Positions 25,936 through 33,567 are shown, numbered from the stretch's first letter. The stretch: 33,567 nucleotides of DNA from an uncultured Christensenella sp. (GCA_964367965.1 CAYIZA010000005.1:1-33567), one strand, 5' to 3'. The notes: generated from the sequence alone by a model not told the origin. A program made the numbers and translations.

Positions 25936-27161
25936 AATATCGGATTGTAGTCTGGGTGGTGGTGATTTTTCTGCTGATATTTTTACCCTCGGCAGTCATC
26001 CGGGACAGCCAGGCTCAGACCGAGGGACTGGTCTCCGGACTGGGTATTGATGCCTCCCCGGAAGGGCTTGAGGTTTCAGTACAGTTGCTTATCCCCCAGC
26101 CCAGTACCGGCTATGCCCCGAGGACTATTATATCCTCTGCCGAGAGTTCCAGCATATTGGACTGCATCCGTTCCATTGAACTGAAGATTGGTCAGCGGCT
26201 GGGGTTGGCTCACTGCTATGTTGTAATTGTGGGCGACGAAATCTGCGACCGAAACCTAGCCGAGGTTTTAGACTTTCTGGTTCGCAGTAATATTATGGGA
26301 AACAACACCGCCCTGTTTCATACTGAGGGCACTGCCAAAGAACTGTTGGAGGTGACCTCGCAACTTAGTGCCGGCGATGTCAACAATTTGCAGAACCTCA
26401 CTAAGTACGACAAGGAAAACTATGCTGCTGCCAGTCTCAGCCTGATTGATTTCTATAAGCAATACCTCTCGCCGGCATCCTGTTCGGCTATAAACACAGT
26501 AGGAATCAACCAGACCGCTATGGAAAAAGGTCAGTCCGGTGGTGGTGGCGGTGGCAGTGAGGAGGACTCTTCTTCTGGGGCGAGTGACAGTGCGGGCTTA
26601 GGATATTCCGCCTCTGAGAATGTCCTGGATGACCGGGGCAAGGTGGCAATCTTTAAAAAGGGAGTTCGGGTGGAAATCCTGGAAAAAGAGGATGTGGAGA
26701 AGATATCACGATTAGACCCGACATCTCAGCGGACTTTTATCGACCTGGAAAACTTCACCGACCAAAAACTTAACAACGCAAAGATCAGCCTGGTTCAGAC
26801 TGGCAAAAACCTTTCCTTCAACCCAAAACTGGTGAACGGCATCCCCGTTTTGGAAGTTAATACAACTCTGATTACCCGAATTGAAAGCATAGAGAATGAT
26901 GACGGTTTCATCTACACCAGTCATAGCAATTACTACACCCCGGCATTTGTGGAGACAGTCCGGAACAAGGTCAAGCAGGATATCGCCGATGCTATCGCTA
27001 AGATGAAAGAGGGTAATTATGATATTATTGATGTTTATTCCCTCTTTAACATAAGTAACTCAGTAGGGTGGAAGCAGTTCCTGGCAACCCTGGAAAACAC
27101 TGAAGACTACCTGCAATGGCTGGAGGTCTATGTCAATGTCAGCGTGATAAATAGAGAGTAA
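25920..27161 (+). CDS. Spore germination receptor subunit C (Ger(x)C family), apparently without a lipobox Cys
   Basis: 413 aa overlapping subunit B by 16 nt, with AGGAGGAG upstream. The N-terminal hydrophobic anchor IVVWVVVIFLLIFLPSAVI contains no cysteine. GLGIDAS is the typical start of the GerC fold, and a GerAC-like C-terminal domain is present. There is a low-complexity insert, GQSGGGGGGSEEDSSSGASDSAG. Confidence 0.85.
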   Translation: MDNAIKYRIVVWVVVIFLLIFLPSAVIRDSQAQTEGLVSGLGIDASPEGLEVSVQLLIPQPSTGYAPRTIISSAESSSILDCIRSIELKIGQRLGLAHCYVVIVGDEICDRNLAEVLDFLVRSNIMGNNTALFHTEGTAKELLEVTSQLSAGDVNNLQNLTKYDKENYAAASLSLIDFYKQYLSPASCSAINTVGINQTAMEKGQSGGGGGGSEEDSSSGASDSAGLGYSASENVLDDRGKVAIFKKGVRVEILEKEDVEKISRLDPTSQRTFIDLENFTDQKLNNAKISLVQTGKNLSFNPKLVNGIPVLEVNTTLITRIESIENDDGFIYTSHSNYYTPAFVETVRNKVKQDIADAIAKMKEGNYDIIDVYSLFNISNSVGWKQFLATLENTEDYLQWLEVYVNVSVINRE

Positions 27162-27162
27162 A

Positions 27163-27190
27163 TAAAAAAAATCCTTGACGGTTCAAGGAT
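27163..27190 (-). terminator. Strong minus-strand terminator closing the repeat island (abuts the gerC stop)
   Basis: The hairpin is ATCCTTGA-CGGT-TCAAGGAT (27171-27190, 8-bp stem). On the minus strand it is followed by U8 (A run 27164-27171). On the plus strand no U run follows directly. Confidence 0.7.
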
Positions 27191-27232
27191 GCTCCGCTCT
27201 TTTAAAAGCATACTAAATAACTTCTTGGTGAG

Positions 27233-27328
27233 GATTATCTCCCCGCTACACAATCTCTGGCTTAGACTTTTATGAGGGAGTAAAAAATGAATAGATTATC
27301 TCGCTGCTACAAACTCTACGGCTTAGAT
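27233..27328. repeat. Two copies of a 35-nt repeat (period 61 nt)
   Basis: GATTATCTCCCCGCTACACAATCTCTGGCTTAGAC (27233-27267) and GATTATCTCGCTGCTACAAACTCTACGGCTTAGAT (27294-27328) share 28 of 35 positions. Confidence 0.8.
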
Positions 27329-27361
27329 CACTCCGGAGATTCCCGGGGCGGGTTCAGTATT

Positions 27362-27650
27362 AAAAAAACCTCATCAGCCAGGTGGAAAAGAAAGTTGAAC
27401 TGCCGTTGGCTCAGACCATAGGAAAATCAAAAAAACCTGGTCAGGCAAGTAAAAAAATGCTTGAATGATACCTGGTGCAGACCATTGGGAAGTTCAAACA
27501 CTGAATCATCAGACAAGTAAAAAAGAAAGTTGAACTGCCGTTGACTCAGACCATTGTGAAGTTCAAAAAACCTGGTCAGGCAGGTTAAAAAAGTTGAACT
27601 GCAATTTGCACAGACCATAGGAAAATCAAACACCACCTCATCAGACAAAT
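27362..27650. repeat. Tandem array, about 4.5 copies of a 64-69-nt unit
   Basis: The anchor CAGACCAT occurs at 27412, 27478, 27547 and 27611. GTTGAAC occurs at 27394, 27529 and 27593, with CTTGAAT at 27460. Each unit runs A-run / short palindrome / A-run / GTTGAACTGCCGTTGRCTCAGACCAT / WGGRAARTYC. The copies have diverged. Confidence 0.85.
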
Positions 27651-27678
27651 AAAAAAAGAGGGGCACACCCTCTTTTTT
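27651..27678 (-). terminator. Bidirectional terminator of the Rho-paralog gene
   Basis: The hairpin AGAGGG-GCACA-CCCTCT (27657-27673) is flanked by A7 and T6. On the minus strand it follows the stop codon (27677-27679) directly and is followed by U7. Confidence 0.75.
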
Positions 27679-29083
27679 ATATAATCTTATTGTAGATGCC
27701 GGCGATTTCCACCAGCGTTTTGTCTAAAGTTTCGGCTCGGATTTTCTGCCCTAGTTCCAGTTCCTTCTTTTCCAGCAGTGCTGCTGCGTTATCGGTGTGG
27801 CAGGTTGACAGCACAAAACATTTTGCACCGGAGATAAACAGTTGCCGATCCAGTGTTATGCGACAGTTGCAGAGGTCGCTGAGTTGGGATATTAGCCGTT
27901 TCTCATCTTCGCCCACATCATCCCGCACTGTGCCTATAAAAGTTATGCTGCCGGCAGTCTCGGTGTTTCTTGCAATTGCCATCATCTTTTTAAGCGCCAC
28001 AATAGCGGATACCTCAATGCCAAACTCCTGAGTGGTCTTAGGCAGGCAATAACTGTATGCCCGCACCACTGAAAAGAGGTCATCCACCATAAGTGCAACA
28101 TCCTCGCCCTTTTCGCAGAGCACCTTTGCCCTTTCTAGTGCAAGTTCCAGTATATACATCTGCCGAAACGGAATCATATCGAACGCTGAGAAAGCGTATT
28201 CCACCTCGGTGTTGCTGAAGTCCAGTTTGTCCTCAGGGCGCTTGTCCACTGCCACAAAGATGACCTTGACCTTTTCGCTGTCCAGTGTCTTTGCCATTTC
28301 ATACAGCAGAGTAGTCTTGCCGGAGCCTCTCTCCCCTCTCATAATCACTCGCTGACCTCTGCCGATAGGACACAGATATTTAGTAAATATCAGCATTGGG
28401 TTTTTCCAGAGCGGAAATGCCTGGTTTGGCGCTATACTCTCCAGGTCACTGAAGTTTTTCCGCTGCAGTTGTGTAGGCTCCACCCCGTTCAGGGTGACCA
28501 CTGCACTCAGAATCTCTATCTTTTCACATTGTGAAAAAGTACCGCGTACCAAATCCCCGGAACGCAAATTGTAGTGCTTGACCATACTTGGAGACACGGC
28601 AATTATGTTAGCATCATTTATCTTGTTTAAGCCGTCTATATGCAGAGTACCCCAGCCGTTTGGCTCAATCAGAACAATTCCCTCAGCACGGGGCAACGAT
28701 TCATCCACCACAAATTGCTGTTCCAGCACATATTCTGGCATACTTACTTTGAGCATACCGCCCAGCCCCTCAGGTTCTCGAACCGGTCGCACCCAACTGC
28801 CCTGCTCCCACGAAGTTGCCGCCTCGGACTTTTCCTCTTTCTCCAGATTTTGCTTATCCCAGGCTCCACTGTATCCGGTAAAAATCTTGGGCGGTCTGCC
28901 CTTTTTATTTTTCGGCACAAAAGGTTCCAGTTGTCCGCGAACTACCTGCAGAATCTTCTCAATCAAGTGGTTTTTTTTGTAGGTAGTAGGAAGATGCACC
29001 CCTACATTTCTGGCAATCTCACGAAGTTGAAAAATTCCATACCTTTGCAGTTTTTCCTCAGAGAATTCTTGAATGCTAAGCAT
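27677..29083 (-). CDS. Highly divergent Rho-family hexameric-helicase paralog
   Basis: 468 aa. It has a Rho_N-like N-terminus (FQLREIARNVGVHLPTTYKKNHLIEKIL). The OB/CSD segment GWGTLHIDG...IIAVSPSMVKHYNLRSGDLVRG parallels E. coli GFGFLR...[21 protein letters not shown]. The P-loop region CPIGRGQRVIMRGERGSGKTTLL parallels SPIGRGQRGLIVAPPKAGKTMLL. Further matches are VDKRPED (for IDERPEE), MVDDLFSVVRAYS and ARNTETAGSITFIGTV. Confidence 0.75.
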   Translation of the reverse strand: MLSIQEFSEEKLQRYGIFQLREIARNVGVHLPTTYKKNHLIEKILQVVRGQLEPFVPKNKKGRPPKIFTGYSGAWDKQNLEKEEKSEAATSWEQGSWVRPVREPEGLGGMLKVSMPEYVLEQQFVVDESLPRAEGIVLIEPNGWGTLHIDGLNKINDANIIAVSPSMVKHYNLRSGDLVRGTFSQCEKIEILSAVVTLNGVEPTQLQRKNFSDLESIAPNQAFPLWKNPMLIFTKYLCPIGRGQRVIMRGERGSGKTTLLYEMAKTLDSEKVKVIFVAVDKRPEDKLDFSNTEVEYAFSAFDMIPFRQMYILELALERAKVLCEKGEDVALMVDDLFSVVRAYSYCLPKTTQEFGIEVSAIVALKKMMAIARNTETAGSITFIGTVRDDVGEDEKRLISQLSDLCNCRITLDRQLFISGAKCFVLSTCHTDNAAALLEKKELELGQKIRAETLDKTLVEIAGIYNKII

Positions 29084-29113
29084 TATTTAACACCTCTTGG
29101 TTCTATTTTAAAA

Positions 29114-29142
29114 ATCATACCACAATATTTTAAAAAAGTAAA
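29114..29142 (-). promoter_or_regulatory. Own promoter of the Rho-paralog gene
   Basis: On the minus strand: TTTACT (29137-29142), a 17-nt spacer, then the extended -10 TGgTATGAT (-10 at 29114-29119). It lies downstream of the ypeB terminator hairpin. Confidence 0.45.
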
Positions 29143-29170
29143 CCATTTAGAGAAAATAAAATTAGACTAT

Positions 29171-29209
29171 TTTTCTAAATAAAGAACATAGAGCCTGAAG
29201 GCTCTATGT
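29171..29209 (-). terminator. Terminator after sleB-ypeB
   Basis: The perfect 10-bp hairpin ACATAGAGCC-TGAA-GGCTCTATGT (29186-29209) is followed on the minus strand by the U-rich UCUUUAUUU. It lies about 80 nt after the ypeB stop. Confidence 0.6.
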
Positions 29210-29287
29210 GGTAAACTGAGCAAAACTCAATGTTTGTCAACAGTTTACAGAGATAGTATATGCTGTTTTGACTAAATTATACTATGA

Positions 29288-30616
29288 TTACATAAGCATT
29301 TCGCCGTCGTCGGTGAGGATGACCTTCATCACATTGAGGTCTTCGCCGGTGTTGGCATCAATGTAGATGTAGTAGATATTGCCCTCTTTTATGCATTTGA
29401 ATTCCCAGGCAAGTTTTTCGCCGGAGTATTCGCCAGGAATAACGGTCAGTTTTTCAGACAACACATCGAGGAAGGAATCCAATCCGCTCTTTGCCACTGC
29501 CTGTTTAATACCTGGGGTCAGTTCGGTTCGGGTAGTATGGTTAAAAGCCCAACTGCGAGCCTCCCAGCCCACCACTGCTCCGTCTGCCCGTGAGATTTTA
29601 ACTTTAATCATATCCGGATAGATAATCACGCCGTCCTGCACATAGACCAAATTGCAGTACACAAAGCCCTCACAGTCGGTACTCCAGACTACTTTGGCAT
29701 CTTTAATGCCCACCAGGGTGGCAAATTCCTCAGCGAGTATCTCGCACTCCCTGATAGTCTTATTGCTGGCACCGGCATCTATTCCGCTCCCAAGTTGCAG
29801 CAACAGACCGCCCTGCTTAGTCACCTGCGCATAGGCATCATCGCCGTCCTTTTCCAGTATAAAGTTCCAGGTCTCAAAGTCGCCGCCGGCAGTTTCGCCG
29901 TTGGCGGTGATATCCCAGCCCTCAAACCACTTTTTTAACAACAGTTCTGCCTCAGTGGCGCTGACAGTGTTGGAGCCCAGACCTTTGATTGCTTTTTGTT
30001 CTAGCGACTCGCTGAACGGGCCGTCATATATCAGTTGTGGGTAGTCCACTATGTCGTTGGAAAAACTCTGCCACTCGCCGCTGAATTTGTTGGAGTTGGA
30101 AAGTGGGTCGCCGATATTATCCACAATTGAGTAGCCGGCATTTATCATATTAGCCATACGGTTCAGTTCAAATTTAACTTTGACACAGGAATCATAGAGT
30201 TCACTCAGTTGGTCGTATTCGTCCAGTGTAATGTCCTGACCATTTGCCATTTTTTCCCGCAGTGTGTGAGTGTAGCCGCCCAACTGGTTTACAAACTTCA
30301 GCGTCTTGTCTATGGAGTTATGTTCCAGCGGCAATGAGGACAGTTTGTCCTGGGCGCTGTTGCAGAGGTTTACCACCTCGGCAAGATATTTTTCCTTCAT
30401 AGTATTCTTGGTGACAACTGAAAACTTACTGAGTTTGTTTTCCATATTGTTGACATCGTCGGATAGCGCATAGAAACTGTTCTGATAGAGTGAATTCAAC
30501 TGCTGCCTATAGTCTGCTACTGTGGAATTGGTGAGTCCCACCACCATTCCGGTAACTGCCACGCTCACCGCAACAATAGCCGCACATATGACAATGGTTA
30601 AAGAAAATTTATTCAT
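29288..30616 (-). CDS. ypeB: Germination protein YpeB
   Basis: 442 aa with an N-terminal TM. It parallels B. subtilis YpeB at several blocks: YQNSFYALSDDVNNMENKL, NSAQDKLSSLPL, and the C-terminal PepSY-like blocks IYPDMIKVKISRADGAVVGWEARSW and LAWEFKCIKEGNIYYIYIDANTGE. It lies 12 nt after sleB, with GGGAGG upstream. Confidence 0.88.
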   Translation of the reverse strand: MNKFSLTIVICAAIVAVSVAVTGMVVGLTNSTVADYRQQLNSLYQNSFYALSDDVNNMENKLSKFSVVTKNTMKEKYLAEVVNLCNSAQDKLSSLPLEHNSIDKTLKFVNQLGGYTHTLREKMANGQDITLDEYDQLSELYDSCVKVKFELNRMANMINAGYSIVDNIGDPLSNSNKFSGEWQSFSNDIVDYPQLIYDGPFSESLEQKAIKGLGSNTVSATEAELLLKKWFEGWDITANGETAGGDFETWNFILEKDGDDAYAQVTKQGGLLLQLGSGIDAGASNKTIRECEILAEEFATLVGIKDAKVVWSTDCEGFVYCNLVYVQDGVIIYPDMIKVKISRADGAVVGWEARSWAFNHTTRTELTPGIKQAVAKSGLDSFLDVLSEKLTVIPGEYSGEKLAWEFKCIKEGNIYYIYIDANTGEDLNVMKVILTDDGEMLM

Positions 30617-30628
30617 TTTTGACCTCCC

Positions 30629-31300
30629 TTAAATTGCAAAGTTGTGTTTGCCGATTTTAACAACTATTTGCCTCGACCATATCCACGAACTGGTAGCCGT
30701 GGCTGGATTGTAGTAGTAGATTGCCCCATAGGAAGGGTCCCAGCCGTTCAGAGCATCTCGTGCGGCGTTGTAAGCGGTGGTGTTCGGCTCCAGATTTATC
30801 TGACCGTCACTGACCGCAGTAAAGGCATAGGGCTGATAGATTACCCCAGAAATGGTATTGGGAAATTTAGAACTTTTGACCCTGTTTAAGATTACAGCAC
30901 CCACTGCCACCTGACCGGCATATGGCTCACCCCGTGCCTCAGCGTGTATGCACTTTGCCAGCAAGTAGAGGTCGTTGTTAGTCTGAGAGGTCAGACTCAT
31001 CCCGAGCGCAGCGGCTGTCTTGCTTCCCACAATGCCGTCGGCAACCAACTTGTTTTTGCGCTGAAAGGCAACCACGGCGGCACGAGTCTTGGAACCATAA
31101 ATTCCATCGACAGCACCAGTGTAGTAACCCCAGTTTTTGAGTTTAGTCTGCACTGTGCGAGTCTGTGTGCTGGTAAGAGCAGCCTCTACTGAGACCTGCT
31201 CTTGATATGTAGTCTGTGCCGTAGTATTCCCCACCACTCCGAGTGAGGCGATTAGCATCAAACATAGCGAAAGTGTAACTATTTTCAATGATTTCTTCAC
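30629..31300 (-). CDS. sleB: Spore cortex-lytic enzyme SleB (PG_binding_1 + Hydrolase_2)
   Basis: I moved the start to GTG 31300 (VKKSLKIVTLSLCLMLIASLG, a clean signal peptide), which has AAGGGG 7 nt upstream and lies just past the spoIIR stop. The ORF-track TTG at 31342 would overlap spoIIR. It carries the PG-binding repeat KLKNWGYYTGAVDGIYGSKTRAAVVAFQ and the catalytic block CIHAEARGEPYAGQVAVGAVILNRV. Confidence 0.88.
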   Translation of the reverse strand: MKKSLKIVTLSLCLMLIASLGVVGNTTAQTTYQEQVSVEAALTSTQTRTVQTKLKNWGYYTGAVDGIYGSKTRAAVVAFQRKNKLVADGIVGSKTAAALGMSLTSQTNNDLYLLAKCIHAEARGEPYAGQVAVGAVILNRVKSSKFPNTISGVIYQPYAFTAVSDGQINLEPNTTAYNAARDALNGWDPSYGAIYYYNPATATSSWIWSRQIVVKIGKHNFAI

Positions 31301-31304
31301 TTTT

Positions 31305-31865
31305 TTACCCCTTATTAAAGAATTTTTTGATGATTTCTGCAAGTTGTGATTTGTATACTACCCCCTCTCCGCTGGAATCGGCAATGTTCACAAAGCACAT
31401 CGGAGGGTAGGCAATGCACCACCAGTTGTCTCCGGCTGCCGCCCCCAGGTTGATGATAAGAGCATCGTAGATATCCCCCTCCAGTGTCAGGTCGGCATAG
31501 TTGCGGGTGGGGAATTGTTCGCTGGTAATGCTAGCACTACTGGTATAGCCAAAACCGTTCTGAGCCAGCACCCGGTTGGCAGTTTCGGTCACCAGCGCCA
31601 AGTTGTTGTCCATAATTTCCATAGCCTTTTGCTTGGTGTCCGCCTCCGCAAAGAGTGGAGCAAGCACACTGACCACCTCGTCTTTAACCTTGAGTTTGAC
31701 CTGCTGGTCTGCCGATGAATTACTGTTTGCCCTGATATGTATTCTCAAAAAGTCATCGGCATGCAAGGCGTTGTTGTCCACTGCGGAGCCCGGCAGAAAA
31801 AGCAATCCCCCCAGGATAGCGAACGCTAAAATTACCACTGCAAACACACCCTTCCCGTTCTCCAT
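31305..31865 (-). CDS. spoIIR: Stage II sporulation protein R
   Basis: 186 aa with a signal/anchor segment. It shows LRIHIRANSNSSADQQVKLKVKDEV and GDNWWCIAYPPMCF, which are hallmark SpoIIR motifs. GAGGGGG lies upstream. Confidence 0.88.
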   Translation of the reverse strand: MENGKGVFAVVILAFAILGGLLFLPGSAVDNNALHADDFLRIHIRANSNSSADQQVKLKVKDEVVSVLAPLFAEADTKQKAMEIMDNNLALVTETANRVLAQNGFGYTSSASITSEQFPTRNYADLTLEGDIYDALIINLGAAAGDNWWCIAYPPMCFVNIADSSGEGVVYKSQLAEIIKKFFNKG

Positions 31866-31923
31866 AAGTCCCCCTCATCGTCGTTATTATCTACTCAAAT
31901 TTAGTTTCTAAACATAAAAAATG

Positions 31924-31962
31924 CAAAAAAAGCACCAAATTTTCATATTTTGATGCTTTTTT
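31924..31962 (-). terminator. Terminator after the SipL-like gene
   Basis: The imperfect hairpin GCACCAAAT-TTTCATA-TTTTGATGC (31932-31956) is flanked by A7 and T6. On the minus strand it is followed by U7. Confidence 0.55.
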
Positions 31963-31987
31963 ACCCGGTTTTTTTGCAAATTGGAAA

Positions 31988-33529
31988 TCAGCCTTTTAAA
32001 ATCTTCTGACGGTATACAACTACTTGAGTTGGTTTTGCGATTGGAAAAATCAGGTCGGGGTTCTGCAACAACAGCATATCCGGATTGACCGAAAGTGCCT
32101 TTGCTATATCCCAGAGTTCGTTAGCCTCGGACACCACATAGACGCCCATCGCTGCTCCCCTTGACTTGACTGGCTCGCCGAGAGTCACTCCGCTGACTAC
32201 CACATCCTCTCTTTCACGGGTTGCCGTCACCTGGATGTTCAGGTCTGCCAGAATGTCTATCTCCTTGGCTTTCTTGTTGCGTGCCTCCAGTTCTTTAACC
32301 ACCACATTGGCGCTGACCTGATCGCCATCTAGCAGCCCGTCACATTTGACATTTATCTCAAACGGAATCTCTGCCTGAATGGACTGCAAGGTCTGCTCTT
32401 CATCATCCAGCAGATAGACTACATTAGCCAACACTGTGCCTGTTGCGGTGACCGTTTCGTCTGCCGCAGTCACAGTACCGGGCAGCACAAAAGCGGAGGA
32501 TGTGGCAAGCACACGGTCTATCCTTGCAGTGTCCTGTGCCAGTACAATATTGCCGTCCACCTTTTCAGAAGCGAACTTTTGGCAGACCAGCGTCTGATTG
32601 TTAAAACTCTCCAGTTTCATCTTGATTTCATTGTCCGGACAGAAGGCATCCACCACCGTTTCGAATTCTCGCTCTGCCAACACATAGGCGTTAGCCCGGA
32701 ATTTATTCTTCAGTACCACCACTCCTTTGGAACTGTTTAACTCTCCGTGCACCTCAAAGTTATTACAGGAGGTATAGAGACTGGCTCGGACTTCCTGTCC
32801 GGCGGATACTCCAGTTGCTAAAATCTCCTGATTGAAGTCAGTGGTATAACTTTGGCTCTTAAGTTTCGGCTTTTCATCGCTGGTCAGATAGACCAGGTTA
32901 GTCACCACCTCACCCTTTAGGGTTATCAAATCAGTGGAGACCGAAGTTCCGGTCAGCACACCATAACTCTCGGTCAGCAAAATCTTCGATGCTGAAGACG
33001 GCGAGTCTATTTCGGTGGTCAGTTCAAATGTCTCTGAAACAGCACTGGTGATGTCACTGCACTTTACCACACCGAATTTTTGATTTGCGGGCGCTGCATT
33101 CTGTACAAACTTTATAGACTGCGGCACCAGCATAACATACTCCACCCCGATTAAACTTACCAGACTGATTCCGCTGTCGGTCAGCCCGATATTTTCCACG
33201 CCCAGGTTTTTTGCGGTGACAATAACCTTTGTTTCGGCAGTCAGCGAGGAGGAATTAAAACTGGTGGAAAAATTAGCCTGTCCGGTTATCGCCAGGATTT
33301 CCCCCTCTTCAGACAGCGCCAGTGCCTGCACGCAGACATGCCCCTCCGCTACCACACTGCCAGCATTTTGCACCACGCTTTCCACGCACGGCAAACCCTT
33401 CACCGACAGCACCTTAACCAGTTTTTCACCTGTTGAACTTGTCAGACTAATAGCAGTCTGCGTCTTCTCTTCCCCTATTTTAGTGGTGTACCTTGTTTGA
33501 ATTTCCTTTATTTGTGGTTCCAAAGCCAT
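31988..33529 (-). CDS. DUF3794-like repeat protein with a C-terminal LysM-like domain (SipL/SpoVID-like spore-coat morphogenesis candidate)
   Basis: 513 aa, beta-rich and repetitive. The C-terminus VYVVSEANELWDIAKALSVNPDMLLLQNPDLIFPIAKPTQVVVY looks like a LysM domain. Size and architecture match clostridial SipL. It sits next to spoIIR, with GGGAGGGGG upstream. Confidence 0.5.
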   Translation of the reverse strand: MALEPQIKEIQTRYTTKIGEEKTQTAISLTSSTGEKLVKVLSVKGLPCVESVVQNAGSVVAEGHVCVQALALSEEGEILAITGQANFSTSFNSSSLTAETKVIVTAKNLGVENIGLTDSGISLVSLIGVEYVMLVPQSIKFVQNAAPANQKFGVVKCSDITSAVSETFELTTEIDSPSSASKILLTESYGVLTGTSVSTDLITLKGEVVTNLVYLTSDEKPKLKSQSYTTDFNQEILATGVSAGQEVRASLYTSCNNFEVHGELNSSKGVVVLKNKFRANAYVLAEREFETVVDAFCPDNEIKMKLESFNNQTLVCQKFASEKVDGNIVLAQDTARIDRVLATSSAFVLPGTVTAADETVTATGTVLANVVYLLDDEEQTLQSIQAEIPFEINVKCDGLLDGDQVSANVVVKELEARNKKAKEIDILADLNIQVTATREREDVVVSGVTLGEPVKSRGAAMGVYVVSEANELWDIAKALSVNPDMLLLQNPDLIFPIAKPTQVVVYRQKILKG

Positions 33530-33567
33530 CTTCGCCCCCTCCCTGAGAATATTGATATATTCTATTT

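Noticed and set aside
27287-27421. 44-aa plus-strand ORF (MNRLSRCYKLYGLDHSGDSRGG...) with GAGGGAG 6 nt upstream
   Set aside because: The RBS-like match is good, but the ORF runs from one repeat family into the other. It is very basic and low in complexity, and it has no promoter I can see. I cannot support it as a gene without conservation or Ribo-seq data.
27362-27650. CRISPR array
   Set aside because: The intervening 'spacers' are themselves repeated between units, and the 'repeats' differ at many positions. The period is one 66-nt unit rather than repeat plus unique spacer, and no cas genes are present in the window.
27368-27650. Hammerhead ribozyme repeats, suggested by CUGAUGA(G) in three minus-strand units
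   Set aside because: No stem II followed by GAAA, and no matching stem I/III, can be drawn after any CUGAUGA. The motif recurs only because the unit is repeated.
27427-27666. 79-aa minus-strand ORF (MPLFFYLSDEVVFDF...) spanning the tandem repeats
   Set aside because: It starts at a GTG inside the terminator stem of the Rho-like gene and has no RBS. Its internal peptide repeats simply mirror the 66-nt DNA period, and the composition (F/L/C-rich) looks like translated U-rich RNA. I treat it as an artefact of the repeat array.
31866-31923. Sigma-F promoter for spoIIR (GTTTA-14-GTAGATAATA on the minus strand)
   Set aside because: The match to the GCATR / GGHRARHTX consensus is too weak (several mismatches in the -10) to report as a feature.

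Overview
Mostly minus-strand chromosomal segment with the gene content of an endospore-forming Firmicute (Clostridia-like). All calls come from reading the sequence and ORF translations by eye; no database search was run. I support 32 CDSs. They are the str operon (rpsL-rpsG-fusA-tuf), a VanW/CaCA pair, a secreted GLUG-repeat protein and a small accessory patch (a membrane protein / HicB-like / 209-aa unknown operon plus a divergent Cys-rich 71-aa ORF). The rest are rmuC, cca, dnaX-ybaB-recR, mrnC-rlmB-sigH, cwlD, a DUF4097-like membrane protein, a short-architecture alaS, a gerABC-type germinant receptor operon (the only substantial plus-strand block), and a sporulation/germination run (SipL-like, spoIIR, sleB-ypeB). 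I saw no rRNA, tRNA, CRISPR array, transposase or prophage genes. Five things deserve a second look. (1) A very divergent Rho paralog with its own promoter and terminator sits next to a 515-bp non-coding island carrying about 4.5 tandem copies of a ~66-nt unit plus a second 35-nt repeat pair, bracketed by strong terminators. (2) An A9 run lies at the domain III boundary of dnaX, with TGA stops in both alternative frames and a downstream hairpin, the layout used elsewhere to make a gamma subunit. (3) An orphan DnaA-box cluster with AT-rich 10-mer repeats lies upstream of the rpsL promoter. (4) A HicB-like gene has no HicA partner, and a Cys/His-rich mini-protein lies beside that operon. (5) The AlaRS ends at the editing core, lacking the beta-barrel and C-Ala regions, and has no T-box leader.
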